DNA from: Gemmatimonadota bacterium
GTDB taxonomy: Bacteria > Gemmatimonadota > Gemmatimonadetes > Gemmatimonadales > GWC2-71-9
Assembly: GCA_029262195.1 (NCBI GenBank)
Contig: JAJCZX010000014.1
Location: forward strand, 80,438 to 144,437
DNA: 64,000 bases
Reading direction: 5' to 3'
Under the pieces are notes generated by a model. The model was not told where the DNA came from, ran no database searches, and saw nothing but the letters and a program-made list of their open reading frames with translations. Below are positions 11,161 through 21,305 of the stretch, piece by piece. The translations under genes and the position numbers were made by a program. Within the stretch, counting starts at the first letter, position 1; the number at the start of each line of letters is the position of its first letter.

Positions 11161-12363
11161 CTAGCCGAGTGGCGAGAGTCCGGGCAAGCGGGCCATGGCG
11201 TCTCCGACGGTGTAAGCCGAACCGGTGACCAAAACTGTTCTCGCAGCGACTTGAGTCCGTTGCAGGGCCACGTCAAAATCCGGTTCCAATGTGACATTCT
11301 CACATCCAATATCAGCATCGCGTAACGTCAACTTTCGAGCACCCGGAGCGCTTGGAGCCACTGTTACCCAAACGTAATCCGCGAAGTCGGAGAGATCGGC
11401 CAGAATCGGCTCGTAGTCTTTGTCTCGCAAGATCGCCACAAGGACGTGCAACGGACGTGCGATGCCCTCCGATTGCAATGTTTGGAGCAAGGCGTCGATG
11501 GCCTGGCGGTTGTGGGCAATATCGAAGATGAACGTTCCCCGTACATCATAGCGGCCGGGAATTCGGGCGCCGGAAAACCCACAAAGGATGTCTTCACCGG
11601 TAACGTTCCAGGAATCGGCGAGTTGTTCCAGGGTCGCCTGCGCCACGGCAGCGTTTCTCGCCTGATGCGCTCCCTTCAAAGAAAGTGGCCCCCCGTACTT
11701 CAACGCAGGATCAACGATGACCGGAACGGCTTCCCGTCCCACAGCAAGCGCCCCGAGGTCTTCAACCAACTGTGGGCTAGTTTCACCAATCACGAACGGT
11801 CGCCCGGGTTTGGCTACATGCCCTTTCTCAAACGCGATTTCACGGAGTGAATCGCCGAGGTACTCGGTATGGTCCATCCCGATTGAAGTGACCACTGACA
11901 CCAACGGGTCGATAACATTTGTGGCGTCGAGCCTGCCTCCCAGGCCTGTCTCGATAACGGCTACGTCTACTGCCCTCGCTGCAAAATCAGCGAAAGCGAT
12001 AGCGGTGTACGCCTCAAAAAAACTGGCGCCGGTTTTCTCGATAACCGGTTGTAGCCGGACGGTCCATTCAGTAAAAGCCTCAGCGGAAATGGGCTGATTG
12101 TCAACAAAGACGCGCTCGCGCAAATCGACAAGGTGAGGTGAGGTATACAAACCAACACTGTGACCGGCAGCACGCAAAGCCGACGCGATCAGTGTGGCAG
12201 TGGAACCCTTGCCGTTGGTACCGGCCACATGAACAGTGGGAAACATGCGATGGGGGTCGCCAATTTCACCAAGGAGTTCTTCTGTGGGACCCAGGGACCA
12301 CTTGCGTCCCCCACCCAGTCGTGGAACGAGGTATTCACACGCCTCGCCAAAGGACTGTATCAG
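11161..12363 (-). CDS. folC: Folylpolyglutamate/dihydrofolate synthase
   Basis: VHVAGTNGKGST, YTSPHL, ETGLGGRLDATN, DIAHN; frame open upstream of the ORF-track ATG (12246) to a CTG at 12363. Confidence 0.9.
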   Translation of the reverse strand: MIQSFGEACEYLVPRLGGGRKWSLGPTEELLGEIGDPHRMFPTVHVAGTNGKGSTATLIASALRAAGHSVGLYTSPHLVDLRERVFVDNQPISAEAFTEWTVRLQPVIEKTGASFFEAYTAIAFADFAARAVDVAVIETGLGGRLDATNVIDPLVSVVTSIGMDHTEYLGDSLREIAFEKGHVAKPGRPFVIGETSPQLVEDLGALAVGREAVPVIVDPALKYGGPLSLKGAHQARNAAVAQATLEQLADSWNVTGEDILCGFSGARIPGRYDVRGTFIFDIAHNRQAIDALLQTLQSEGIARPLHVLVAILRDKDYEPILADLSDFADYVWVTVAPSAPGARKLTLRDADIGCENVTLEPDFDVALQRTQVAARTVLVTGSAYTVGDAMARLPGLSPLG

Positions 12364-13217
12364 CCGGTCAACTCCAGGGCTTCCTTACCAAGCATCATTC
12401 GCAGCAATCGCCCGAGCGTATCCTTCATCTCCAGCCGACTGACGACCATGTCCAGCATACCATGTTCTAACAAAAATTCTGAACGCTGAAAACCGTCTGG
12501 AAGATCCTGTCCGATAGTTTGCTTGATAACTCGGGCACCGGCAAATCCGATCACCGCCTTAGGTTCGCCAATATTGACGTCACCCTGCATGGCGTACGAG
12601 GCGGAAACACCGCCCGTAGTGGGATTGGTGAGAACCGAGATGAAAGGGATGCCTTCTTCCTTGAGAGCAGCTATCATCGCCGAGGTCTTTGCTAGTTGCA
12701 TCAGGCTCAACACTCCCTCCTGCATCCGCGCGCCTCCCGACGTCGACACCAGCACTAGCGGTGCCCTGTCCTCGAGGGCCTTCCGGGCCAGCCTCGCTAT
12801 CTTTTCACCGACAACTGAGCCCATTGAGCCACCCATAAAGGCAAATTCCATCGCGCCGATACACGTCGTCACGCCGTGAATGTCCCCTACCCCGGTAAGA
12901 ATCGCATCTTGCTTTCCAACCTTGTTGTACGCGCGAGCCAGTTTGTCCGGGTATCCGTCGAAACCAAGGGGATCGACGGAGGTAAGGTCGCCAAATAGTT
13001 CGGTGAACGTTCCCGGATCGGTGATCAGTTCAATGTAGGTACCCGCGGGGATTTTCCCATGATGACCGCAGTTGTGACACACCATGTGAGATCGTTCGAA
13101 TTTATCTGTCAGGTCGACAGTGCCGCACGAAGAACACTTGTCCCACGCATCCTGCGGAATTTCGAGCTTTTCGCGCGGCGGCGGGCGTTCTTTTCGTTCT
13201 TTACGAAACCAGGCCAT
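12360..13217 (-). CDS. accD: Acetyl-CoA carboxylase carboxyltransferase beta subunit
   Basis: CxxC..CxxC zinc finger, FMGGSMGSVVGEK, SGGARMQEG, PTTGGVSAS. Confidence 0.95.
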   Translation of the reverse strand: MAWFRKERKERPPPREKLEIPQDAWDKCSSCGTVDLTDKFERSHMVCHNCGHHGKIPAGTYIELITDPGTFTELFGDLTSVDPLGFDGYPDKLARAYNKVGKQDAILTGVGDIHGVTTCIGAMEFAFMGGSMGSVVGEKIARLARKALEDRAPLVLVSTSGGARMQEGVLSLMQLAKTSAMIAALKEEGIPFISVLTNPTTGGVSASYAMQGDVNIGEPKAVIGFAGARVIKQTIGQDLPDGFQRSEFLLEHGMLDMVVSRLEMKDTLGRLLRMMLGKEALELTG

Positions 13218-13258
13218 TGGGATCTTTCATAAGGAGGTTAATTTCGCCTGACTGCGCG

Positions 13259-14524
13259 TCAGATGCCACCCCCACCAACGCCAAGGTATCCAGACAAAAG
13301 ACTGTCGCGATCAACTCTCATCGCGACCCCGAGGCCAAGAAAACACGCCAGGGTAAATGAGCCCCCATAAGAAAAAAGCGGCAGCGGGATTCCGGTAATC
13401 GGCATAAGGCCGACCGTCATCCCGACATTTTCCAAAACGTGAGTCATCAACAGGCCTACGAAACCGAACACGACCATATAGGAAAACGAATCGGCGGCCC
13501 GCTGCGCAATTTTCACCAATGACACCAGTAGTATGGCAAACAACAACATCGCCACAATGACACCAAGAAAACCAAGTTCTTCGCCGACAACCGAAAAAAT
13601 GAAGTCAGTGTGTTGTTCAGGGAGAAACGCCAGGCGTTTTTGAGTTCCGTCCAGATAACCCTTGCCAAAAATCCCCCCCGATCCTATTGCCACCTTCGAC
13701 TGGATCAGGTGCCAGCCCGTCGCCTGCGGATCTACTTCCGGGTTCAAAAACGACAGAAGGCGGCTGCGTTGGTACGGAGCAAGGGCACCCCACAGCCCAA
13801 AGGCCACAACACCCATGAATACATTAGCCGCCCAGATAATGATTGATTCAATTAGCGTGATCCGGGTGAACCACAAAACTCCTGTCACGAACACGATCCA
13901 GAATGCCCAGGACAGTGTCGAAAAAGAAAGGAGCAAACTCAAACCAGGGGAGGCCAGCAGAACCAGCAGCCACGGATTAACGCCCGCCCAAAAAAGCATT
14001 GCAAACAAAATACCGATGAAGACGATCGCACTTCCCAGATCAGGCTGTTGCATAACGAGAAGGAATGGAAGTCCGGCTACTATTCCCGCCGGGAGCAACT
14101 CCTTCAAAGAATTCGGTGGCTCCTGTCGGTGTGCCAGGACCCGGGCCAGCATGAGAATCAGCGCCAGTTTCGCAAACTCCGCCGGCTGACCGAGTCGCAC
14201 GCCACCTATGGACAGCCAGGATTTCACACCAGCTGCCGTACCTGCTCCCGTTCCGAACGCCAACGTAAACAGCAACAAGAGGATGGCGAAGATGTAGACA
14301 GGGAGAGAGAACGACTCCAATCCTCGTGAGGAGAACCGGTAACTAACCAGGCCGGCGACCAATCCGACTCCCAACCAAACCATTTGTTTCCGCCAGGCGA
14401 ACGCAGCTACCGTAGGTACGTCAGTCTGTCCGGCGGAGTAAACAGCTGCCAGTCCGAACAACGCCAGCATCAAGACCGACGCAGCGAAAGGCCAATTGAG
14501 GCCCTCTCGACGAGCCGGAGACAT
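13259..14524 (-). CDS. rodA: Rod shape-determining protein RodA
   Basis: SEDS motifs QPAEFAK, QPDLGSA, LPEQHTDFIF, LPLFSYGGS; follows mrdA. Confidence 0.93.
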   Translation of the reverse strand: MSPARREGLNWPFAASVLMLALFGLAAVYSAGQTDVPTVAAFAWRKQMVWLGVGLVAGLVSYRFSSRGLESFSLPVYIFAILLLLFTLAFGTGAGTAAGVKSWLSIGGVRLGQPAEFAKLALILMLARVLAHRQEPPNSLKELLPAGIVAGLPFLLVMQQPDLGSAIVFIGILFAMLFWAGVNPWLLVLLASPGLSLLLSFSTLSWAFWIVFVTGVLWFTRITLIESIIIWAANVFMGVVAFGLWGALAPYQRSRLLSFLNPEVDPQATGWHLIQSKVAIGSGGIFGKGYLDGTQKRLAFLPEQHTDFIFSVVGEELGFLGVIVAMLLFAILLVSLVKIAQRAADSFSYMVVFGFVGLLMTHVLENVGMTVGLMPITGIPLPLFSYGGSFTLACFLGLGVAMRVDRDSLLSGYLGVGGGGI

Positions 14525-16381
14525 CTACCGCAGCCTCCCTCTCCGGATGTCCCGCAGTACCTCCAACGGCTCCGGTGCAGAATCGGCGGGGAAATCGGAA
14601 AACTGTAAACCACGAGTGGGGCATTCGAATTCTGACCCGATAACGTGGCGGGCCACGATACAGTTAACCATCGGTGCCACAGATGACCCATGTTCGGCAA
14701 ATTCGACAATCGCCCCCACAACCACAACAGGATTATCGACCGGCGCGAACGCAATGAACCAGCCGTGGTCCTCGCCGTGAGAGTTCTGGGCCGTACCGGT
14801 CTTGCCGCCAATGCGCAGGTTGGCGATCTGCGCCGCACTGGCCGTTCCCTCAAGCACTACCTCTTCTAAAGATTCCCTCAGTCCCTCCAGGACACCAGCT
14901 CTGAAATCATAGTTCCTCCTGCCGGAAGGAAGACTATCGACCAGGTAAGGAACCGGTGCGGAACCCCCGTTGGCCAGCATGGAGTAGAAACGCATCATGT
15001 TGACGAGAGTTTGATCGTTTTCTCCCTGCCCGATCGCAAGGTTGAGGGTAACACCAGATGTCCAACCGCGCCGTCCGTAGAGCTCGTTGAAATAGTCCGT
15101 TGAGGCCGGATATAGCGACCTCGTTTCGCCCGGGAGGTCGATGCCTGTGAGATCGCTAAAACCAAGTGCTACTCCACCCTCAAGCAACTCATCCAATCCG
15201 AGCATTATCCCCAATTGATAAAAATAGACATCACAGGAATGTTGAATCGCTTCGAGTAACGTCACGGGCCCGTGGCCATCGGTCTTCCAACACCGAAAGA
15301 ACCGGTTCCCGTATTGATAGCCACCCGTGCAGGGGATCTGCATCTTGGTGTCCATCGTGATGAGCCCCTTCTCCAGGGCCATCGCAGCAACAGCAAGTTT
15401 CCAGGGAGATGCTGGCGGATATCTTCCTTGAATTGCGCGATTAAAAAGAGGCAGTTGGGGTGAACTCAACAGTTCAGCCCGCTCGCCAGCCGCGGAGGAC
15501 CCGATGAAAGCGTTAGGATCGTATGAGGGTGCTGAATGAAGAGCAAGCACGGCTCCATCCCGAGGGTCAATAGCCATCACCGCGCCACGACCGGCGATAC
15601 CGAAATCGCGTCGGAACAAATGCGATATGTACCGCTGCAACTCGACGTCCAGCATTGTGTGGAGGGTGTCGCCCTGGGTCGGCTCAACTCGTGGCCCGAC
15701 GCCGGTAGTGCGAACCGTCCTGCCCAGAGCGTCAACCTCGATAAAGCTTTCGCCATCAAGCCCTCTGAGACGGTCATCGTACTGGAACTCCAGGCCCACA
15801 CGACCAACCAGGGAACCGGATCGTGCTCCCGGGAAACGGTTTTCTGAAATATCAGTTGGAGTCAATTCGCCAAGGTATCCAATGGCATGCGCGCCGAGAG
15901 CGCCCGAAGGGTAACTGCGCTTGGGTTCAGCCTGAATTACGAGGCCCGGAAAGACTACCCTCCGCTCCTCCAGTCTGGCCACAACTTCCGGCGGAGCGTC
16001 GCGCAGTACGGTCACCGGATCTCCCGGCCGATCGCGCCAGTTTCTCACTGCTCGGCGCACGACCGCAGTATCGAGGCCCGCAAGTTCGCTGATACCGCTC
16101 AAAGTTTCCCGCAACACATCTTCGGCCTGGGCATGAATCAAAACCGTAAAACCGGGAACGTTCTCGGCGATCACCACTCCGTTACGGTCAACGATAATGC
16201 CCCGGGGGGCCGGAAGAATAACCCTCCGAAGTCGGTTTTCGGCTGACTGCAGAGTGAAGTCGTGCGCACCCACCACCTGAAGCCAGAAGAACCTCAGCAA
16301 AATGATTCCGACAAACCCGAAGATCAGAAATACTGATTGGTCGGCCCGGCGACTGTTGAGGTGGGGGTGGAACCAGTTCAA
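14525..16381 (-). CDS. mrdA: Penicillin-binding protein 2
   Basis: PRGIIVDRNG, SPWK (SxxK), SCD, KTGTAQ; mre operon context. Confidence 0.93.
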   Translation of the reverse strand: MNWFHPHLNSRRADQSVFLIFGFVGIILLRFFWLQVVGAHDFTLQSAENRLRRVILPAPRGIIVDRNGVVIAENVPGFTVLIHAQAEDVLRETLSGISELAGLDTAVVRRAVRNWRDRPGDPVTVLRDAPPEVVARLEERRVVFPGLVIQAEPKRSYPSGALGAHAIGYLGELTPTDISENRFPGARSGSLVGRVGLEFQYDDRLRGLDGESFIEVDALGRTVRTTGVGPRVEPTQGDTLHTMLDVELQRYISHLFRRDFGIAGRGAVMAIDPRDGAVLALHSAPSYDPNAFIGSSAAGERAELLSSPQLPLFNRAIQGRYPPASPWKLAVAAMALEKGLITMDTKMQIPCTGGYQYGNRFFRCWKTDGHGPVTLLEAIQHSCDVYFYQLGIMLGLDELLEGGVALGFSDLTGIDLPGETRSLYPASTDYFNELYGRRGWTSGVTLNLAIGQGENDQTLVNMMRFYSMLANGGSAPVPYLVDSLPSGRRNYDFRAGVLEGLRESLEEVVLEGTASAAQIANLRIGGKTGTAQNSHGEDHGWFIAFAPVDNPVVVVGAIVEFAEHGSSVAPMVNCIVARHVIGSEFECPTRGLQFSDFPADSAPEPLEVLRDIRRGRLR

Positions 16382-16872
16382 TCGGCTATCCTGATGTTGA
16401 TCCAGTCACGAAATAGAACGAGAACTAATACCCCGAACCCGGCCGTAAGAATCCCTTCCCAGATCGACCACGAAATCAGGCGCCAAAAGATGGTAGTGAG
16501 CCTAAAACCGCTTGCACTCATTACCAGCAGGTCGCTGAACCAGGAGCCGCCGAAAAAAAACGCAGCGTTTACAATTATGTTTTCGGCAAAAAACACAGCC
16601 CTACCCCACGCTGCCAGATACCCGACCACAGAGTACCCGATCACCCCCGATCCAAACGCGACCGGCGACACAGAATCGCTGATTATGCCGAAAAAGAAAC
16701 CCGCCAATGCTGCTGCCCCGGGTCGTGCGCGCATCGAGTAAATCAGGAGCGCCAGGAGAAGGAAATCAGGAGACTCTCCCAGGCCGCTGAGCCACGGCGA
16801 CAGTGAGAACTCCAGAACCACCAGAGCCGCCAATACACCATAAAGACCACCGCGGCCTCTGCGGGTACTCAC
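16378..16872 (-). CDS. mreD: Rod shape-determining protein MreD
   Basis: Hydrophobic multi-TM protein with PDFLL motif between mreC and mrdA. Confidence 0.85.
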   Translation of the reverse strand: MSTRRGRGGLYGVLAALVVLEFSLSPWLSGLGESPDFLLLALLIYSMRARPGAAALAGFFFGIISDSVSPVAFGSGVIGYSVVGYLAAWGRAVFFAENIIVNAAFFFGGSWFSDLLVMSASGFRLTTIFWRLISWSIWEGILTAGFGVLVLVLFRDWINIRIAD

Positions 16873-17717
16873 GGCACCAGCCCCTGGCCAGCTTCAAAGG
16901 CACTCCGCAAATCACCGATCGGTTCGAGCAGTACGATAACGTGTGAAACCGCCGCAGGATGAACGCTGGGTCGCACCAGATAAGTACGCTCCCAGCCCGC
17001 AGGCTCCGACGTATCCTCAATAATCGTTCCGACTTCGATTCTTCGGGGCCATACTCCCCCCAGACCCGACGTGTACACGACGGTTCCTACAGGTACTTCA
17101 TCCCGGTACGGCACGCCGCTTATTTGCATCAACTGAACATTAGGGCCTGACGGGGCGGCAGATTGGGCGTTACCAAAGAGGCCTGCATCCGCGGTCATCA
17201 CGTTGACGCGGAATTCCGGATGGGGCCACATCCACATCACCGAAAACCGTTCCTCTACGCTCTGCACGATTCCAACCAAACCTTCGGCTGTGATCACGGG
17301 AGATAATTCTCTTACGCCTTCCCGGGCGCCCACGGAAAGAAGGGCGGTCAGGCCCTGAGCGGGCGAGGACTGATGCACCACTTCTGCCGCGACGTGTCGA
17401 ATGGGTAGGGCGTTGCCGAGTGCAAGCAGTCTTCGTAAACGTCTGTTTTCAGTCACGGCAGCACGCGAATCAAAGCTGTCCATGGCCAGGGAGTCCCTCT
17501 GCGCGACTACTGCAGCGTGAGTGAACCGTGAGTTCTTCTGGCTCTCCGCGAGTTCCTGGAGACTGATAAGAGGAGATAGCACACTTCCTCTTATTCCTGT
17601 GGCCAGCGAGTTAGTGAAACCGTCGGGCGAAAACCGAATCAGGAGAGCTAGGACCAGACAAATGACAAACGTGAGGGTATCCCACCGAGTCGCGTAGCGT
17701 TCGGTTGCCGAAAGCAC
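16869..17717 (-). CDS. mreC: Rod shape-determining protein MreC
   Basis: TM, ENRRLRRLL coil, GLVGIV, TSGLGGVWP. Confidence 0.9.
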   Translation of the reverse strand: MLSATERYATRWDTLTFVICLVLALLIRFSPDGFTNSLATGIRGSVLSPLISLQELAESQKNSRFTHAAVVAQRDSLAMDSFDSRAAVTENRRLRRLLALGNALPIRHVAAEVVHQSSPAQGLTALLSVGAREGVRELSPVITAEGLVGIVQSVEERFSVMWMWPHPEFRVNVMTADAGLFGNAQSAAPSGPNVQLMQISGVPYRDEVPVGTVVYTSGLGGVWPRRIEVGTIIEDTSEPAGWERTYLVRPSVHPAAVSHVIVLLEPIGDLRSAFEAGQGLVP

Positions 17718-17720
17718 AGG

Positions 17721-18761
17721 CTAGGTCGTGAGAACTGATCGGTATTTTTCCGGATCATCCAGGATCCGGCCCGTACCTCGTACGACACACGTCAGGGGAT
17801 CTTCATCCACTTTGATCGGGAGTGAGGTTTCCTGGGACACCAAAACATCCAACCCGCGAATCATTGAGCCACCCCCCGCCATTACGATTCCACGGTCAAC
17901 GATGTCGCTGGCCAACTCTGGAGGAGTGATCTCCAGGGCTCGCCGTACGGCATCGACAATCTGTTGAATCGGCTCCTGGATGGCTTCGCGGATCTCGCTG
18001 GACAGAACAACAACAACTTTGGGTATTCCTGAAACCAGATCCCTGCCCTTGGCCTCAAATTCCTTGTCATCACCCAGCTTCACCGCGGTCGCGATTTGCA
18101 TCTTGATCAACTCGGCAGTGGGTTCGCCGATGAGAAGATTGTAGTTCTTCCGCATGTACTGCACGATAGCCTGATCCAACTCATCCCCGCCAACTCGAAT
18201 AGACGTGTCAGAGACGATTCCGGAAAGGGCGATAACAGCGATCTCAGTGGTCCCGCCACCGATATCAATCACCATGTTTCCGGTCGGCGTTTCCACAGGT
18301 AAACCGACTCCTATGGCGGCGGCCATAGGCTCGGCAACCATATACACTTCCTTCGCCCCTGCCGAGTGGGCGCTATCGCGCACCGCCCTTTTCTCAACCT
18401 CGGTAATACCGCTGGGCACGCAAATAATAACCCTGGGTTTTACTCGGAACATGTGTTTGGAAATAATCGAACTGAGGAAGTACCGGAGCATTTTCTCGGT
18501 GACATCGAAATCAGCGATAACGCCGTCTTTCAGAGGCCTAACAGCCTGGATACCGTCGGGGGTACGCCCGAGCATCCGCTTGGCTTCGAGACCGATACCC
18601 ATGATCTTGCCGGTCGCCTTCTCCACCGCAACCACCGAGGGCTCGTTCAGGACGATGCCCTCTCCCTTCACATAAATAAGCGTGTTCGAGGTACCGAGAT
18701 CCACGGCGATCTCGTTGGCTGGCATGAAATTGCCGAGACGAAAGTTTAAAAACTTCATCAA
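17721..18761 (-). CDS. mreB: Rod shape-determining actin MreB
   Basis: DLGTSNT, EPMAAAIG, DIGGGTTEIAVI, TPPELASDI. Confidence 0.97.
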   Translation of the reverse strand: MMKFLNFRLGNFMPANEIAVDLGTSNTLIYVKGEGIVLNEPSVVAVEKATGKIMGIGLEAKRMLGRTPDGIQAVRPLKDGVIADFDVTEKMLRYFLSSIISKHMFRVKPRVIICVPSGITEVEKRAVRDSAHSAGAKEVYMVAEPMAAAIGVGLPVETPTGNMVIDIGGGTTEIAVIALSGIVSDTSIRVGGDELDQAIVQYMRKNYNLLIGEPTAELIKMQIATAVKLGDDKEFEAKGRDLVSGIPKVVVVLSSEIREAIQEPIQQIVDAVRRALEITPPELASDIVDRGIVMAGGGSMIRGLDVLVSQETSLPIKVDEDPLTCVVRGTGRILDDPEKYRSVLTT

Positions 18762-18862
18762 TTACGACGCTTTTGGGTGCAATAGAAAAGAGTGGGAGGG
18801 ATGAAACACCCCTCATCCGGCCTTGAAAGCCGTAACATAACGAATGGGCTAAGTTGAAACAA

Positions 18863-18893
18863 GGTCGGGGGTTACGCACCCCCGACCCCTTTT
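18863..18893. terminator. Hairpin terminator after ald
   Basis: GGTCGGGGGT-TACGC-ACCCCCGACC 10-bp stem. Confidence 0.65.
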
Positions 18894-18913
18894 CATCGAC
18901 CGTTGCGCCTACC

Positions 18914-20026
18914 CTACAGTACCTCCGCGTAATCTACCAGCGGCAGACCGAAGGCCTCGGCGACACCCGGGTAGACAGTCTTACCGTTGACCACATTCAG
19001 ACCAAGAGCCAGTGCCTTATCCCGGCGACAGGATTCCTGCCACCCACGGGCGGCCAAGGTCCTGGCGTACGGGAAGGTGGCGTTGGTAAGGGCAAGGGTA
19101 GATGTTCGAGGCACGCCACCTGGCATGTTGGCTACCGCGTAGTGAATAACACCATCAACCACGTAAGTAGGATCTTCGTGCGTAGTCGCTTTGATGGTCT
19201 CGATACAACCACCTTGATCAACCGCGACATCAACGATTACCGAACCCTCCTGCATCAGCGAGAGGTCTTCACGCTTTATCAATTTCGGCGCCTTCGCCCC
19301 TGGCAATAACACGGCACCAACGAGGAGATCCGCCCTGCTCGCCTGCTCCAGGATATTGTGCCTGTTGGAGTGGAGAAGGTTGACGTTGGCGGGCATGACG
19401 TCCGACAGATAACGCAAACGTTCAAGCGAAAGATCAAGGATTGTTACGTTCGCGCCCAAACCAGCCGCCATTTTTGCAGCGTTGGTTCCAACAACACCAC
19501 CTCCGATGACCACAACATTACCGGGAAGAACACCCGGCACCCCACCGAGGAGGATCCCTCTTCCACCGGCCACCCTTTCGAGAATTCTGGCACCTTCCTG
19601 AACCGCCATCCGACCGGCAACTTCGCTCATCGGCGTTAGTAAAGGCAGCTCACCCGAAGGTAGCTGCACGGTCTCGTAGGCAATCGCCACACTATTCGAT
19701 TTGATGATAGCCTGAGTCAATTCCTCTGCGGCAGCAAAGTGGAAATAGGTAAACAGCACCTGCCCGTCCCTGATGCGCCCCCATTCAGGTTCAATCGGCT
19801 CTTTAACCTTCATTATCATCTCAGCGCGAGACCACACTTCGTCGGCATCTTTTCCGATGGTAGCACCCACGGACTTAAAGTCTTCGTTAGAAAAACCGCT
19901 GCCGACACCCGCCTGATCTTCGACAATCACTTGGTGCCCGTCACGAACCAGGACTTCCGCGCCAGCGGGAACGAGAGCGATTCGGTTCTCGTTGGTCTTA
20001 ATTTCTTTGGGGACTCCGATAATCAT
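18914..20026 (-). CDS. ald: Alanine dehydrogenase
   Basis: [41 protein letters not shown]. Confidence 0.96.
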   Translation of the reverse strand: MIIGVPKEIKTNENRIALVPAGAEVLVRDGHQVIVEDQAGVGSGFSNEDFKSVGATIGKDADEVWSRAEMIMKVKEPIEPEWGRIRDGQVLFTYFHFAAAEELTQAIIKSNSVAIAYETVQLPSGELPLLTPMSEVAGRMAVQEGARILERVAGGRGILLGGVPGVLPGNVVVIGGGVVGTNAAKMAAGLGANVTILDLSLERLRYLSDVMPANVNLLHSNRHNILEQASRADLLVGAVLLPGAKAPKLIKREDLSLMQEGSVIVDVAVDQGGCIETIKATTHEDPTYVVDGVIHYAVANMPGGVPRTSTLALTNATFPYARTLAARGWQESCRRDKALALGLNVVNGKTVYPGVAEAFGLPLVDYAEVL

Positions 20027-20049
20027 TTTAGATCGCCCGTAAAAAGTGT

Positions 20050-21300
20050 CTAATTAGGACCTAACCACACCGTAGTCTGGCGGTCCGGTGAAAAGAACTC
20101 GTTTCCAACCTGTGCAATCTCATCCGCGCTTACCGCGTCGATCCTCTTGAGGACGTCATCTATACGGGTATAACTCTCTCCATAAAGTTCCGAACCCGCC
20201 AATCTGTACATACGTGCCGAAGTGCTCTCCAGCCCCAGGGTAATATGGCCCTTTATTTGCTGCTTTGCCCCACTGAGTTCTTCGTCAGTGAGCCCATTCT
20301 TTTCAATCTTCGACAATTCGTCTCGGATGGCCTCCACGGCGTCGCCCGCCGTGTCGGGATGGGTCCCGACATAGACTCCAGTGACTCCAGTATGGCCATA
20401 GAAAGACTGATAGGAATATACCGAATACGCCAATCCAAGCTCCTCCCTAACTCGTTGGAAAAGCCGACTCGACATCCCCGACCCCAGCACCGCGTTCACG
20501 AGCATAAGTGGATACCTGCGCCGGTCAGTGTACGGGAAGGTGTCGGTACCCATAACGATATGAGTCTGGGCCGAATCCCGCTCTACTCTCACCGTTTCCC
20601 TTGAGGCAGCCGGGACCGGATCAACCTCCGCAACCGCCGGTCCAGGTTCGAAGGTCAACCAGCCCGCTTTGGTCAGATACTTGAGCAGCACTTCATGATC
20701 AAGGTTCCCTGCCGCCGCGATAACCGCATGCCCGGGGTGATAAGCCCGCTGGTGCAGGGCCCGCACATCATCGCTGTGCAACTGGGCAACGGTCTCCTTG
20801 GTGCCGAGAATATTGAACCCGTAGGAATGGTCAGGCCAGAGGGTACGGGAATGTAGGTCAAAAACAATGTCGTCCGGGGTATCGTCAACGGTGCTTATTT
20901 CTTCGAGCACAACCCGACGTTCGAGTTCGAGATCTTCCTGCCGAAGGGTCGGCTCTCTAACAAGGTCCGTAAGCACGTCCACCGCACGCGGTAGATCTTC
21001 ATCAAGGATACGGGCCTGGAAACAGGTGTGATCGCGAGCGGTGTATGCATCCAACGATCCACCACGAACCTCGAGTTCAAGCGCAATCTGCCGGGCCGAT
21101 CTGCGGGAAGTTCCTTTGAAAACCATGTGCTCCAACAAATGAGACACACCCATCTTCGAGGGTGCCTCATGTGCTGATGCAGATTTTACCCAGATGCCTA
21201 TTCCGGCGGACCGTACGCCAGGAATCGACTCGGAGATGATGGTTAGGCCGTTTTCCGCTACGGTACGGAAAAGACCCTCATCAAGTCTCTCAGTTTTCAC
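20050..21300 (-). CDS. M16 family (pitrilysin-like) Zn peptidase
   Basis: HLLEH inverted zincin motif, MSSRLFQRVREELGLAY; usual position after pnp. Confidence 0.92.
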   Translation of the reverse strand: MKTERLDEGLFRTVAENGLTIISESIPGVRSAGIGIWVKSASAHEAPSKMGVSHLLEHMVFKGTSRRSARQIALELEVRGGSLDAYTARDHTCFQARILDEDLPRAVDVLTDLVREPTLRQEDLELERRVVLEEISTVDDTPDDIVFDLHSRTLWPDHSYGFNILGTKETVAQLHSDDVRALHQRAYHPGHAVIAAAGNLDHEVLLKYLTKAGWLTFEPGPAVAEVDPVPAASRETVRVERDSAQTHIVMGTDTFPYTDRRRYPLMLVNAVLGSGMSSRLFQRVREELGLAYSVYSYQSFYGHTGVTGVYVGTHPDTAGDAVEAIRDELSKIEKNGLTDEELSGAKQQIKGHITLGLESTSARMYRLAGSELYGESYTRIDDVLKRIDAVSADEIAQVGNEFFSPDRQTTVWLGPN

Positions 21301-21305
21301 AGTGG

